DNA of 64,000 bases from Octopus sinensis (taxonomy: Eukaryota). This document shows positions 11,701-22,041 of the stretch, piece after piece (within the stretch, counting starts at the first letter, position 1; each line of letters opens with the position of its first letter). A program made the translations under genes and the position numbers. Location of the stretch: contig NC_043005.1 of NCBI RefSeq assembly GCF_006345805.1, positions 71,052,001 to 71,116,000 on the forward strand. Reading direction: 5' to 3'. Under the pieces are notes generated by a model. That model was not told where the DNA came from. It saw only the letters and a program-made list of their open reading frames with translations, and ran no database searches.

Positions 11701-14700
11701 TCATGTGGCCCCTTTCACTCGCAGCAATCGTGCCACACGTTTCCATCTTTTGTCAAACTCACATGCAGACAGACACTCCACCTTTCTTTTTAGGTGGAAC
11801 CTGAAAAAGGTCACCAAGGCGGAGCCAGAGATCATGGTGCCTGTCTTTACCGCTTTCATTCTAGTCTTCCATATACACTCTTTCGCTACTGCTACTGTAC
11901 TGAGAAAGCAATGCTTACCTTCACTTGTCAAAAAGCTAGGCGAGTCAATTTTTATAATTGTCTCAGCCGATAGCTGTACTCTTCTTCCGTCTGACAACAG
12001 GTGTTCGGCATATACCCACACGTCCGAGACTTCCGGACACTGAACAATAGCGTGCGAGACTGTTTCCAGATCCCGCTCGCATCTTGGACAGTTCGATGGT
12101 CCACTCCAACCATGCCTTGTGAGTTTATCCCGAACGGGTAAAGCTCCTCTGAAACATTGCCAGGTCAAAGACTTCTGGAAGTTATCCAATGTCTTCGGCC
12201 CGAACGTCCTTCGGAACAGGCTGTCCAACTGATTTCGATCGAGGCCCAAGGTCCTTCCTAAGGCATCGTCATTTTCGGCCTCTACCAACCTGCTATAGAA
12301 AGCTGCGGTGGTACCAAAGCCGCCGGCATTGCCCGACTTGCGGAAGTGACAGAGTGCCTTATGGCACTCCGAATACCACATGCTCCATCTAAGTCTACGA
12401 CGATACCAGGTTTCTCTGCCACCGAAACTGGCAAAGCTGGGGAACATCTGCCTCGCAAGCGGGGACCATCCAGGTAGAGCCAAAGATGCCTTAACCTCAG
12501 CGCATGTCTGCGCATCAACAGCCAAGGCATCCCTAAGCCACCCTTTAACGGTTTCTGACAGCAAATAGAACGTCTTACAAGAGGAGTGGTTCCCTTCAAC
12601 AAAAAGTGGAAGATCTGCCTCTCCAACTTGCTTAACCACGAATCCGGACAAGGGACGACGGTCAGGCGGTAGGTGATGACCGATGCTAAAAACACATTGG
12701 CCACCTCCGCCCTCCCTTTCAAGGATAGCCACCGTCCGGACCAAGTCCCGACCGCGTGAGCCACCTTGCTCGTCACCTCAGACCAGTTCTTTTCTATCTG
12801 GAGATCTGGACCAAACCAGATCCCTAGCAGCTTAACCGGGCCCTCCGTCCAGCATCCCACGATGCTATTCGAAGGCATCGACTTGCCCCTCCAGGTGCCG
12901 AGTTGCAAGCCGACCGATTTTTCCCGGTTAATCTTTGTTCCTGTCGTCGTCTCGTAAGCCTTGATGGCATCTCCCACATTACGTAGGAGTTCTACCTCGG
13001 TCACGATGATGGTGATGTCGTCCGCATACGATGTTACAGATCCTCCACCTCCTGGATTCATCGGGATGGCGCTCAGCTTTCGCAGCAATGACTCGAGAGC
13101 CATCACATACAAAATCGGGGAGAGCGGACACTCTTGACGAACAGACCGTCTGATGCGGAACGGCTTCGAAAAGAAGCCATTCACCCGAACGATCGAGTCG
13201 ATGTTATTGTACAATTGTATGATCCACATGAGGAAGCCAATGCCCAGACAGAACTGCGCCAGCACGGACACCAGGTACCGATGGTTCACCCTATCAAACG
13301 CTTTACTCTGGTCTAAATGGACCAGTGCCCCACCTTTGCCAGAGTCATTCCCAAACCCCTCTATGGTGTAGCGTACTAGGTGAAGATTGTCCTGGATGGT
13401 TCTTCCGGGGACCGCACAAGTTTGTGCCTCCCCGATCAGACCACCCGCGACACGCGTCAACCTTTTCGCTAGCACCTTGGCCAAAATCTTCACCTCTGTG
13501 TTTAGCAGTGTGATGGGCCGAAAGTTGTCTATGTTATCCCCCTTGCTCGGGTCCTTTCTGATCAGCGTCACCACTCCCCGACGTACAGATCTGGGAATGA
13601 ACCCATTCTGCCGCCAGTTCGCGAAAACGCCGGCCAGCACGTTCCCGAACAAGTCTGGCATTCTTTTATATAGCTCGTAAGGTAAGCCATCAATTCCCGG
13701 CGCCTTACCTTCACCGCAGTCGACCAAGGCCTCAGCTAACTCTTCAGGCGAGATCGACGCTTCACAGCTCTCCGCGTCCTGCCCCGAGAGGCGCGGCAAC
13801 CCGGCGAGGATGTCCGTAAGGTCCACCCTCTCCTCCGGCCCGCCGTCGCCCCCGAAAAGCCGAGCGAAGTGCTCCTGAAACGTCCGACACATCTCCTCTG
13901 GTTCGGTAATCACATCGCCTTGCCCGTTCGTCACAGACTTAATTGTGGAATCGTTTCCACGTCGAGCCTCCACAACTCGTGCCCATCCGGCAGCCCTAAT
14001 ACCCTCGCACCCCATTGCGCGGATTCTAGCTCTGACGATACAACCCATATGTTTGGCTTCGAGGTGCTGGTTTAACTCCAGTCTCTTCAGCCTAACTTGG
14101 GCTCCATCGCCAGATCTCATGGCTTCCTCTAAGGCCTTAACTAGCCCCATCTCTTTCCTACGCCCACTAGTTACTAGACCTATGCTGTATCTAACGGACT
14201 CGTACTTGATGGCTCTTTTGAGGGCGTACCACCATTTGTTATTAATAATGGAACCGGTTAACGCCCTCTGCACTAATAACTCGATCCGGTTTCTGTACTC
14301 CTCAATAGCCAGAAGGAACTTATTGAGTTTCCAATAGCCGAATCCCTTACTACATAACTTATCTAGGTTCAGTTCGCCAGTGACCATCTTGTGGTCGCTA
14401 TAACTGACCAGGTGAAACTGTGGACACTTAACTAGTCCTTTATCTATTTTTCTAATAAAAATTCTGTCTATGTAGGACCTGACAGACCCGTCGCTATTTA
14501 ACCACGTCCACTGTGGAGCGTTCGGGACTTCAAGTCTGTAGGGATCTACCAGCTGAAAGCGACTCAGTAGATCCCGGAAGCCAGGGTTTGGTTTTCTATC
14601 TTTTGAGACAACGCCATCGACGCGCGCATCGACTATGGCGTTAAAGTCCCCTAGCATGACTATGGATTTTGACGTGCCAAGAAACTTCTCCAGGTCTCGA

Positions 14701-15051
14701 TAAAAATCAGTCTGACTCGAATTAGGTGCGTATACTGCTACCAGCCTGATTTCTTTACCACAACTGAACGTCAGATCTAAGACGACCAGCCTACCTTCTG
14801 AATCAGAAAAAATCAACTTTTTCTCTGAGACTATCTTTTTTAAGCAGGACCAACACCCCACTCCGCCGGCCAGGAGAAATAAATTTCTTGTAGCCATCCA
14901 GGAGCGGGAGTAGATCTCTTGGCCCTTCGATTCGTGTCTCAGTAGCTACAATTACATCTAAATTCTGCGACCTGACATCATTTAGTAAACGGCCTTGTTT
15001 CCAGTTCGATGTCAGGCCGCGCACATTTATACAGCCAACGTGAACAGCCAT
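11701..15051 (-). pseudogene. Tx1 ORF2 (APE-RT-CCHC), element C, frameshifted
   Basis: Starts MAVHVGCINVRG at 15051. The long piece 12282..14897 has APE and RT (SYADD). The C-terminal piece has CPRCERDLETVSHAIVQC. Confidence 0.9.
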
Positions 15052-15058
15052 AGTTCGC

Positions 15059-16493
15059 TTACCTTGTTTCGTCTGGGTCCGGCAGACGGGGGGAACCCGT
15101 CTCTTCTGCCTCTTGGGTCCGTGGAATCGGCGTGCTGATGCTCCTCCTTTCCACATCTTTCAGGGCATCTTCTTTGCTCATTCTGGATGGGCACACATCT
15201 TTTCGGAAGTCGTTCGCCAGCGTGTTGAACACTCTCTGTCCCATCACGTAGCACTTCCATTCTCCTTGTTTTTCTTCGGTTTCTGTCTCTTCAATGTGTT
15301 GGGTCTCTACTCTGCGCATCACTTCTCTGTTTGAAGTGTTCATTGCCGCGTAGATTTTATTCTCTTTATCGGGTTTCTTGGCTTTTTTCACCTCCCTTTT
15401 CTCTCTACTTTTGTTTTTCTCCGGGGAGGGGTTGTTATGTTTACGTTTTGTAGCTGCAACTTGTGACGAACCCTCCCCTTCTTCTGGTGCAGGTGTTGTC
15501 TCGTTACCGCTACTTGAGAGCTTGGTTTTATGGGCTCATCTTTTTTCTCCTTCTCTGCCGGCCTACAGTCTTTTTTGATGTGTTCTTTTTTGCCACAGGT
15601 GAAACACCTGGGCTTCCGGCCCTCCACCATTACGGCCATCCGGCTGTCTCCAATTTCAATTACTTCACCTATTTCTTCTAAGACGTCCGGCTCAGCTTGT
15701 ATTGTTATCCTCACCTTCTGCCCCTGCCACTTTTTGGCATCTTCGACAGTGGCGTCTCGTATTTCCAATTTCTCCTCTAGTCCTGCGGTGACTCCTGTCA
15801 CTATTTGCTCGGGTTCGACTTCTGGCGGAATGTTTGTTATCGTTATTCTGGAGACGCGTCTCCCTCTATAGATAGGGAGAAGGGTTATCGCCTCTGTTCT
15901 TAGGGGAATCATAGACTGCTCCCTTGCCTCCTCCTCTGTTCCAAATCTGGTTTCTACAGTTCCATATCTTTTCCCCTGGTTAAGAATTTAATCTTTTCCC
16001 AGGTGGGTTTCATACACAGCTCTACTTCCTTTTCCGAAGAAAAGTCTATCTTTCTCTCTTTGTTTCGGTACGTTTTATACACGATTGTCTTCCTTTCTAT
16101 CTCTTCCCGAGATTCTTGGGTCTGGTGTAATTTTATTTCGTACCCGCTTCTAGATATGGTTTTCTTAACCTCTTCCAGTTTGGACAAATCTATCTTCCTT
16201 CCTTTGGGACTTGCCGCTTCGGCGAAGTTCAACATCTTCTTTGCCACGCTTGGCACATCTATATTCCTGCGTACTTTTAATGCTTTTTTGGTTCCCCTAC
16301 TTTCTTCTTCGTCGGCATCCGAGGAAAAAACGGGTATACCCACTTTTTCGGGGCTAGACATCCTGCTAACTGGTATTCCTTCTGGGCTGGACATCTCGTC
16401 AGCTGGACTCTTGTTCAGGACCTGGGTTCGGTCCTCAGTTCTGTCCGCCTTCGGGCTGGCCATTATTGGCCTACCCCTCCTTAGCGGCTTCAA
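15059..16493 (-). pseudogene. Tx1 ORF1, element C, frameshifted
   Basis: NFAEAAS, LLPIYRGRRVSRI and knuckle EGRKPRCFTCGKKEHIKKDC across frames 15954..16493, 15388..15912 and 15059..15391. Confidence 0.8.
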
Positions 16494-16642
16494 TAAATAT
16501 CAGTCAAATATACTTCGACTAACAATTTGAAAAAAAAATTTTTTCTTTTTTTTCCTTTTCAACAACCAACAGGTGGTAACAAAACACACCGACAAAAATA
16601 TTTTCGATCAATAAGTAAACGGCACTACATGGATTCAGTTGA

Positions 16643-16679
16643 TTTTATTACTACCCACAAGGGGCGAACATAGAGGGGA
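16643..16679 (-). mobile_element. Distal 3' tail of element E, displaced by insertion of D
   Basis: Sense TCCCCTCTATGTTCGCCCCTTGTGGGTAGTAATAAAA. Its first 18 nt duplicate the current end of E at 18468-18485. Confidence 0.85.
16662..16679. repeat. 18-bp target site duplication, left copy (GGGCGAACATAGAGGGGA)
   Basis: Identical to 18468-18485. Confidence 0.9.
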
Positions 16680-18467
16680 TTTTTTTATTACCCACAAAGG
16701 GGCCACGAAGAGGGGGACATTACAAGACGGGACATGGGGTACATAAAGTAAAAATAAAATATGAAGTAAAAGATGAATTATATGTAATGAGATGGAACGG
16801 CTTACGAACCCCCAACTCGCAGTTCCGTTTAAAATACAATTGTACATTTCATATATTCCAGTTCAAAATACAATTTTACAGTTACATATATTCCAGTTCA
16901 AAGTACAATAATTTTACAATTTACATGTTAACATTACATATATTCCTGTTCAAAATACAACTTTACATCATACAATTTTACAATTAACAATTCTAATTCT
17001 TTTATATTGGACGTTCGTCCGTCATATAATCTAATAGGTCCATTTGGTCTATTACATCTGGTAATTTGTCATACCGTACATAATGCGTTATATGAATAGC
17101 ATTAAATATCTTTTTTAATTTTGTGTATGTTTCTTTTTCTATAATGACGCCTTTTACATCGTCACTATACAGTTTTGGGTTCACCTTCACCCTGATCAAC
17201 CCTTTCCTACCTGCCAGTCTCTTTTCCACTTCTGTATTCTTGATATACATCACAACCGCTTTCAGGTTTTTTCCTGTAGGCCTTCTTCCATATTTACACG
17301 ATTCCAGCTGTTCGTTCACTCTTGTCTCCCATTCTTGTTCAAACTCTGTCCTTGGCCGCTCTCTCGCCTTCTCTTTTACTTCCTGTTCTTTGCATGTTCT
17401 CTCTTCTCTCTCTTCTGCTATCTTGCTTTTGATTTTTTTTCTTTTTTAGATCTTTCGGTGGCGATTCCACCCTTGATCTCTTCCTATCTTCTGTTTTTTC
17501 CTCTTCTGCACTTGCTCGTTCTTCTCCCGTATCCTCATTTAACTGCTCCTCCATTCGTGCTTCCTCCGCTTTCGCTTCCTCCACACACGCATCTTTACAC
17601 TCCTCTGTCACAACCTCCGGTGCTTTTGTTTTTTCCCGCGGGCACACATCCTTCATGTGGCCCCTCGATTTACAATTATAGCAGATTGGGGGTCTTCCCT
17701 CTACCACAACTCGGAGCCGTGTCTCGTCAGGGTAGACCAACTCCTCCGGGATGTTGTACAGGTCTCGCACGGTTATGTGTGCCAGAACCTGCACCGTATA
17801 TCCCCACCACTTAACCTCTGCTGACTTCTCCACCTTCAATACCTCCACGTTATCCTTGCAGTTGAACAGCACTGCCGCCAGCAACCTCTCCATATTAAAT
17901 TCGGGTGAGATTCTATTGATTCTCATCCTCACTGCCCTCCTTCCGCAGTAACTTGGTAGCAAAGTCCACTTATCCGATTTCAAAATTCGTGTTGCATTCT
18001 TTTTTGCCTCATTTTCTGTTTCAAAATATACCACCACCGTGGCATATTTCCTCCCTCTTTTAAAAAATGTGGGTTCACCCTCAATTTCCTTCAGACACTT
18101 TTCTACTTCTTCCATTTCCGCTACTTCAATTTTTTTCGACTCCACACACCACGTCCTGTACGTTATCGTACGCCTCTCCGCACTGCTTTCCTCCTCCTCG
18201 GACGGTGTGACTCTCACGCAGTCACCCTCCCTCTTTAAACTGTCGAAATACTTTTGTAAAGTCTTCTGCTCGACCACCACCTCCTCCATCTCCAGCTCAC
18301 CGGCAACCAGGCCTCTGCCTGCCGCTCGCGCGTAAGTCTGCTCTTGCATTTTCAAGAAAAAAATTATTCCACGTCCTCCAACGAACTCGAACTCACAACC
18401 TCCTCACTCGAAATAAACACACCAGAACAACTCCAAATAACTTACTCAAAGACTGGAAGCCTAAGAC
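16680..18467 (-). mobile_element. ORF1-only non-autonomous Tx1-type element D (HAL1-like)
   Basis: 118-nt 5' UTR, ORF1, no ORF2 remnant, ~320-nt 3' UTR ending GTGGGTAATAAAAAAA. Flanked by a perfect 18-bp TSD. Confidence 0.85.
17002..18349 (-). CDS. ORF1 of element D (about 450 aa, one frameshift in an A-run at ~17433-17447)
   Basis: TYARAAG, LLPSYCGRRAVRM and knuckle EGRPPICYNCKSRGHMKDVC. The 105-aa ORF 17002..17319 is in frame with an open reading frame reaching back to the A-run. Confidence 0.75.
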
Positions 18468-18485
18468 GGGCGAACATAGAGGGGA
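18468..18485. repeat. 18-bp target site duplication, right copy
   Basis: Identical to 16662-16679. Confidence 0.9.
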
Positions 18486-18604
18486 CAATACAATCTGATG
18501 TGGGGTCAGACATGCGGATGGTTTTTACAAAAAATCGGATTTAAAAATAACATGAAATTACAAGAATATACACAAAATCGAATGATGGAATAGACCGGAA
18601 GACA

Positions 18605-20947
18605 TTACAGGTGGAGTGGGTGCGGGTTTAGCTCGGACCCCACGAGCCCCGCCTCCCCACTGATACTTTTGGTTGCGCTTGGTATTACATTTGTTGTATC
18701 TTTCACTCGCAACTTTCTTGCTACATCTTTCCATCGTTCTTCATACACTTTCCTAGTCAGGCATATTCTCTCCAGCCCTATCTTCCTTTTCAGGTGAAAG
18801 ATGAAATAATTCATCAAACCAGGGCCAGAGATGAACTTGCCTGACTGTAAACCTTTCACTCTCGTCTTCCATATCACCTCTTTCGCAATTGCTACTACAA
18901 CGAGAAAACGAAACTTACCTTCATTCACGAGGAAATCCGGTGGGTCAATTTTTGTAATCGACTCAGTCGACAGCTGTACTCTTCGTGTACCTGACAACAG
19001 CTGTTCGGCATAAACCCACACCTCAGACACGTCCGGACAATGAACAATAGCGTGCGGGACGGTTTCCCTATCCCGCCCGCATCTTGGACATATCGGACTG
19101 TCTTGGCCACCGTGCCTTGCGAGTTTATCCCGAACAGGTAGAGCTCCTCTGTAGCATTGCCATGCCAGAGACTTCTGGAAGTTGTCCAGTGTCCTCGGCT
19201 TGAACGTACGTCGGAACAGACTGGCCAGCTGATTATCGTCGAGACCTAGGGTTTCCCCCAAGGTATCTTCACATTCCGCCTCTACCAACCCTCTATAGAA
19301 GAATGTGGTGGAACCCCCACCGCAGGCGTTGCCCGAGCGACGGAATAGCAGGAGAGCCCTACGACACTCCGTGTACCAAGTACCGAGTTTCGATCTACGA
19401 TTCAGCCAGGTTTCCCGTCCACCGAAACTAGTGAACTTGGAAAACATCAGTTTTGCTAACGGAGACCACACCCGTTCACCATCCAGGTAGAGCCACAGAT
19501 GTCTTAACCTCAGCGCATGTCTGCGCATCATCAGCCAAGGCATCCCTAGCCCACCCTTTAACGGTTGTTGACAGCAAGTAGAGCGTTTCACAAGTGGTTT
19601 CCTACCCTTCCACAAGAAGTAGAAGAGCTGTCTTTCCAACTTGGTCAACCAAGAATCGGGGCAAGGAACGACGGAAAGGCGGTAGGTGATCACCGATGCG
19701 ATAAACACATTGGCCACCTCCGCCCTCCCTTTCAAGGATAGCCACCGCCAAGACCAGGTCATGGCTACTGCAGCCACCTTGCTCGTTACCTCGCCCCAAT
19801 TCTTCTCTATTTGGAGGTCTGGACCGAACCAGACCCCTAGCAGTTTAATCGGACCCTCCGTCCAACGTCCCACGACGCTGTCAGGAGGCATCGACTTGCC
19901 TCTCCAGGTGCCGAGTTGCAAGCCGACTAACTTTTCGCGATTAACTTTTGCTCCTGTCACCGTCTCGTAAGCCTCTATGGCCTTGCCTACTTTACATAGG
20001 TGGTCCATTTCGGTTACGATGATGGTGATGTCATCCGCGTACGCTGACACTGATTTTCCATTACCTGGCTGTCTCGGGATGCCGCTCAGTTTTCGCAGTA
20101 ATGGCTCAAGAGCCATCACGTACAAAAGCGAGGAGAGCGGACACCCTTGACGAACCGAGCGTTTGATTTTGAACGGCTTCGACAAGAAGCCGTTCACCCG
20201 AACTACCGAGTCGATGTTATCATAAATTTGGATAATCCACCTGAGGAAGCCAAGGCTCAGCCCGAACTGTGCCAGGGCAGATACCAGGTAACGATGGTCG
20301 ACCCTATCAAAAGCTTTCGATTGGTCTAAATGGACCAGTGCCCCACCCTTGCCAGAATCACTATTAAACCCCTCTATAGTGTACCGCATTAGATGGAGAT
20401 TATCCTGAATGGATCTGCCCGGAACGGCACATGTCTGTGCCTCCCCGATCAGACCATCCGCGACACGCGCCAATCTTTTCGATAACACTTTGGCCAAAAT
20501 CTTCAACTCTGTGTTTAGCAGAGTGATGGGCCTGAAATTATCAATACACTCCCCCTTGCTCGGGTCCTTTCTGACGAGGGTCACCACTCCCCGGCGCACA
20601 GATCTGGGTATAAGCCCGTTCTGCTGCCAGTTCGCATAGACCTCCGCCAGTAGGTGCCCGAACAAGTCTGGCATACTCTTATATAACTCATAGGGTAGAC
20701 CATCCAAACCCGGCGCCTTGCCCGCGCCGCAGTCTGCCATTGCCTCAACCACCTCCTCAGGCGTGATTGGCCCTTCACAGCCCTCCGCATCTCGCCCCGA
20801 TAAGCGCGGCAGCCCGTCGAGTAGGTCCGTAAAGGCCCTCCTCCTATCCAGTCCGCCGCACTCACCGAAAAGCTGAGCGAAGTGCTCCTGAAAGGCCTCA
20901 CACATCTCCTCGGGTTCGTTTATCAACTCACCTTGTTGGTTCGTCAA
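18605..20947 (-). CDS. Tx1 ORF2, RT and C-terminal zinc knuckle, element E (5'-partial, 780 aa open)
   Basis: KAPGLDG, FRPITLLN, LDQSKAFDRV, QGCPLS, AYADD and CPRCGRDRETVPHAIVHC, with no stops. Confidence 0.9.
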   Translation of the reverse strand: MTNQQGELINEPEEMCEAFQEHFAQLFGECGGLDRRRAFTDLLDGLPRLSGRDAEGCEGPITPEEVVEAMADCGAGKAPGLDGLPYELYKSMPDLFGHLLAEVYANWQQNGLIPRSVRRGVVTLVRKDPSKGECIDNFRPITLLNTELKILAKVLSKRLARVADGLIGEAQTCAVPGRSIQDNLHLMRYTIEGFNSDSGKGGALVHLDQSKAFDRVDHRYLVSALAQFGLSLGFLRWIIQIYDNIDSVVRVNGFLSKPFKIKRSVRQGCPLSSLLYVMALEPLLRKLSGIPRQPGNGKSVSAYADDITIIVTEMDHLCKVGKAIEAYETVTGAKVNREKLVGLQLGTWRGKSMPPDSVVGRWTEGPIKLLGVWFGPDLQIEKNWGEVTSKVAAVAMTWSWRWLSLKGRAEVANVFIASVITYRLSVVPCPDSWLTKLERQLFYFLWKGRKPLVKRSTCCQQPLKGGLGMPWLMMRRHALRLRHLWLYLDGERVWSPLAKLMFSKFTSFGGRETWLNRRSKLGTWYTECRRALLLFRRSGNACGGGSTTFFYRGLVEAECEDTLGETLGLDDNQLASLFRRTFKPRTLDNFQKSLAWQCYRGALPVRDKLARHGGQDSPICPRCGRDRETVPHAIVHCPDVSEVWVYAEQLLSGTRRVQLSTESITKIDPPDFLVNEGKFRFLVVVAIAKEVIWKTRVKGLQSGKFISGPGLMNYFIFHLKRKIGLERICLTRKVYEERWKDVARKLRVKDTTNVIPSATKSISGEAGLVGSELNPHPLHL

Positions 20948-20977
20948 AGATCGAATCGTGGCACCGTTACCATGCTG

Positions 20978-21077
20978 NNNNNNNNNNNNNNNNNNNNNNN
21001 NNNNNNNNNNNNNNNNNNNNNNNNNNNNNNNNNNNNNNNNNNNNNNNNNNNNNNNNNNNNNNNNNNNNNNNNNNNNN
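20978..21077. other. Assembly gap (100 N)
   Basis: Run of n. Confidence 1.
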
Positions 21078-21657
21078 GTCGTTTCATGCAGGAATATTTT
21101 ATATGTGATCGTTCAACGATATAAAAAAGTCGAAGATATCTTGGCAATAGGCCAGCTAGGCCTTTTCCATTTATTTATCAAGAAAGGTTACCTAATTGCG
21201 TTTCCAGCTAAGGTCACATTGTTTTCACTAGCTCTTGACCGAATGAGATTAGATGCTGGAATTCATATTTTTTTTTATATGTTCACAATGAGATCAGTGC
21301 ACTTCCTTTCGTTGTCATCCGAGATGTTATTGGAAGTATATATATAACACTGTACATCAAATATATGTTTTTCTACAGACATAATCTCCATCGTATGCAA
21401 GAAGACAGAGTTTCTGAATCATAGTTTGTCCATTTAACGACTCACTAACCAAAAGTGGTTTCAGAGGGAGGATAAGTCTATTAGACCTAACAAACTCAAA
21501 AGCAGAAACCAGAACGATCAATACACCTCGATATATGACACGATTCAGATTGGACGTTTGCTACAAGTATATTCAAAAAATTTGAAACTCAAGTAAGATA
21601 TTTTCCACCAACATACAATAAGCATTTCATCCCTCGTAATTTCAGTATTAACCTAGT

Positions 21658-22041
21658 GGAAGCACTCCGTCGGTTACGACGACGAGGGTTCCGGTTGATC
21701 CGAATCAACGGAACAGCCTGCTCGTGAAATTAACGTGTAAGTGACTGAGCACTCCACAGACGCGTGTACCCTTAACGTAGTTCTCGGGGATATTCAGCGT
21801 GACACAGAGAGTGACAAGGCCGGCCCTTTGAAATACAGGTACAACAGAAACAGGAAGTAAGAGTGAGAGAAAGTTGTGGTGAAAGAGTACAGCAGGGATC
21901 ACCACCATCCCCTGCCGGAGCCGCGTGGAGCTTTAGGTGTTTTCGCTTAATAAACACTCACAACGCCAGGTCTGGGAATCGAAACCGCGATCCTATGACC
22001 GCGAGTCCGCTGCCCTAACCACTGGGCCATTGCGCCTCCAC
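21658..22041 (-). mobile_element. tRNA-derived SINE with Nin/Deu-like central domain
   Basis: A box TGGCCCAGTGG, B box GTTTCGATTCC, core CCTTGTCACTCTCTGTGTCACGCTG, and 11-bp TSD ATTAACCTAGT (21647-21657 / 22042-22052). Confidence 0.85.

Larger units (their letters stand above)
11436..16642 (-). mobile_element. Tx1-clade retrotransposon, element C, full length, decayed
   Basis: Its 3' tail (TGTCCCCCTCTTCGTTAGCCCCTTGTGGGTAATAAAGAAATAAA) is joined directly to the 5' end of B. ORF1 and ORF2 are both present. Confidence 0.9.
18468..20977 (-). mobile_element. Tx1-clade retrotransposon, element E (5' part lost in assembly gap)
   Basis: Uninterrupted RT-CCHC ORF plus 3' UTR and tail. Confidence 0.9.

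Noticed and set aside
11420-16642. Similar 5' ends of B (ACCTGGATACAT) and C (AACTGAATCCAT) as a captured snRNA or leader target
   Set aside because: Only a short imperfect match, not shared by A or D, and I cannot assign it to a known RNA.
21-20639. Many plus-strand ORFs over the Tx1 elements
   Set aside because: They are antisense shadows of GC-balanced ORF1/ORF2 sequence with no recognisable motifs.
1-20977. Telomeric retrotransposon array like HeT-A/TART/TAHRE
   Set aside because: D has a TSD (internal insertion), a Gypsy fragment interrupts the array, the 5'-pointing side leads to ordinary genomic DNA, and no telomeric repeat tract is present.
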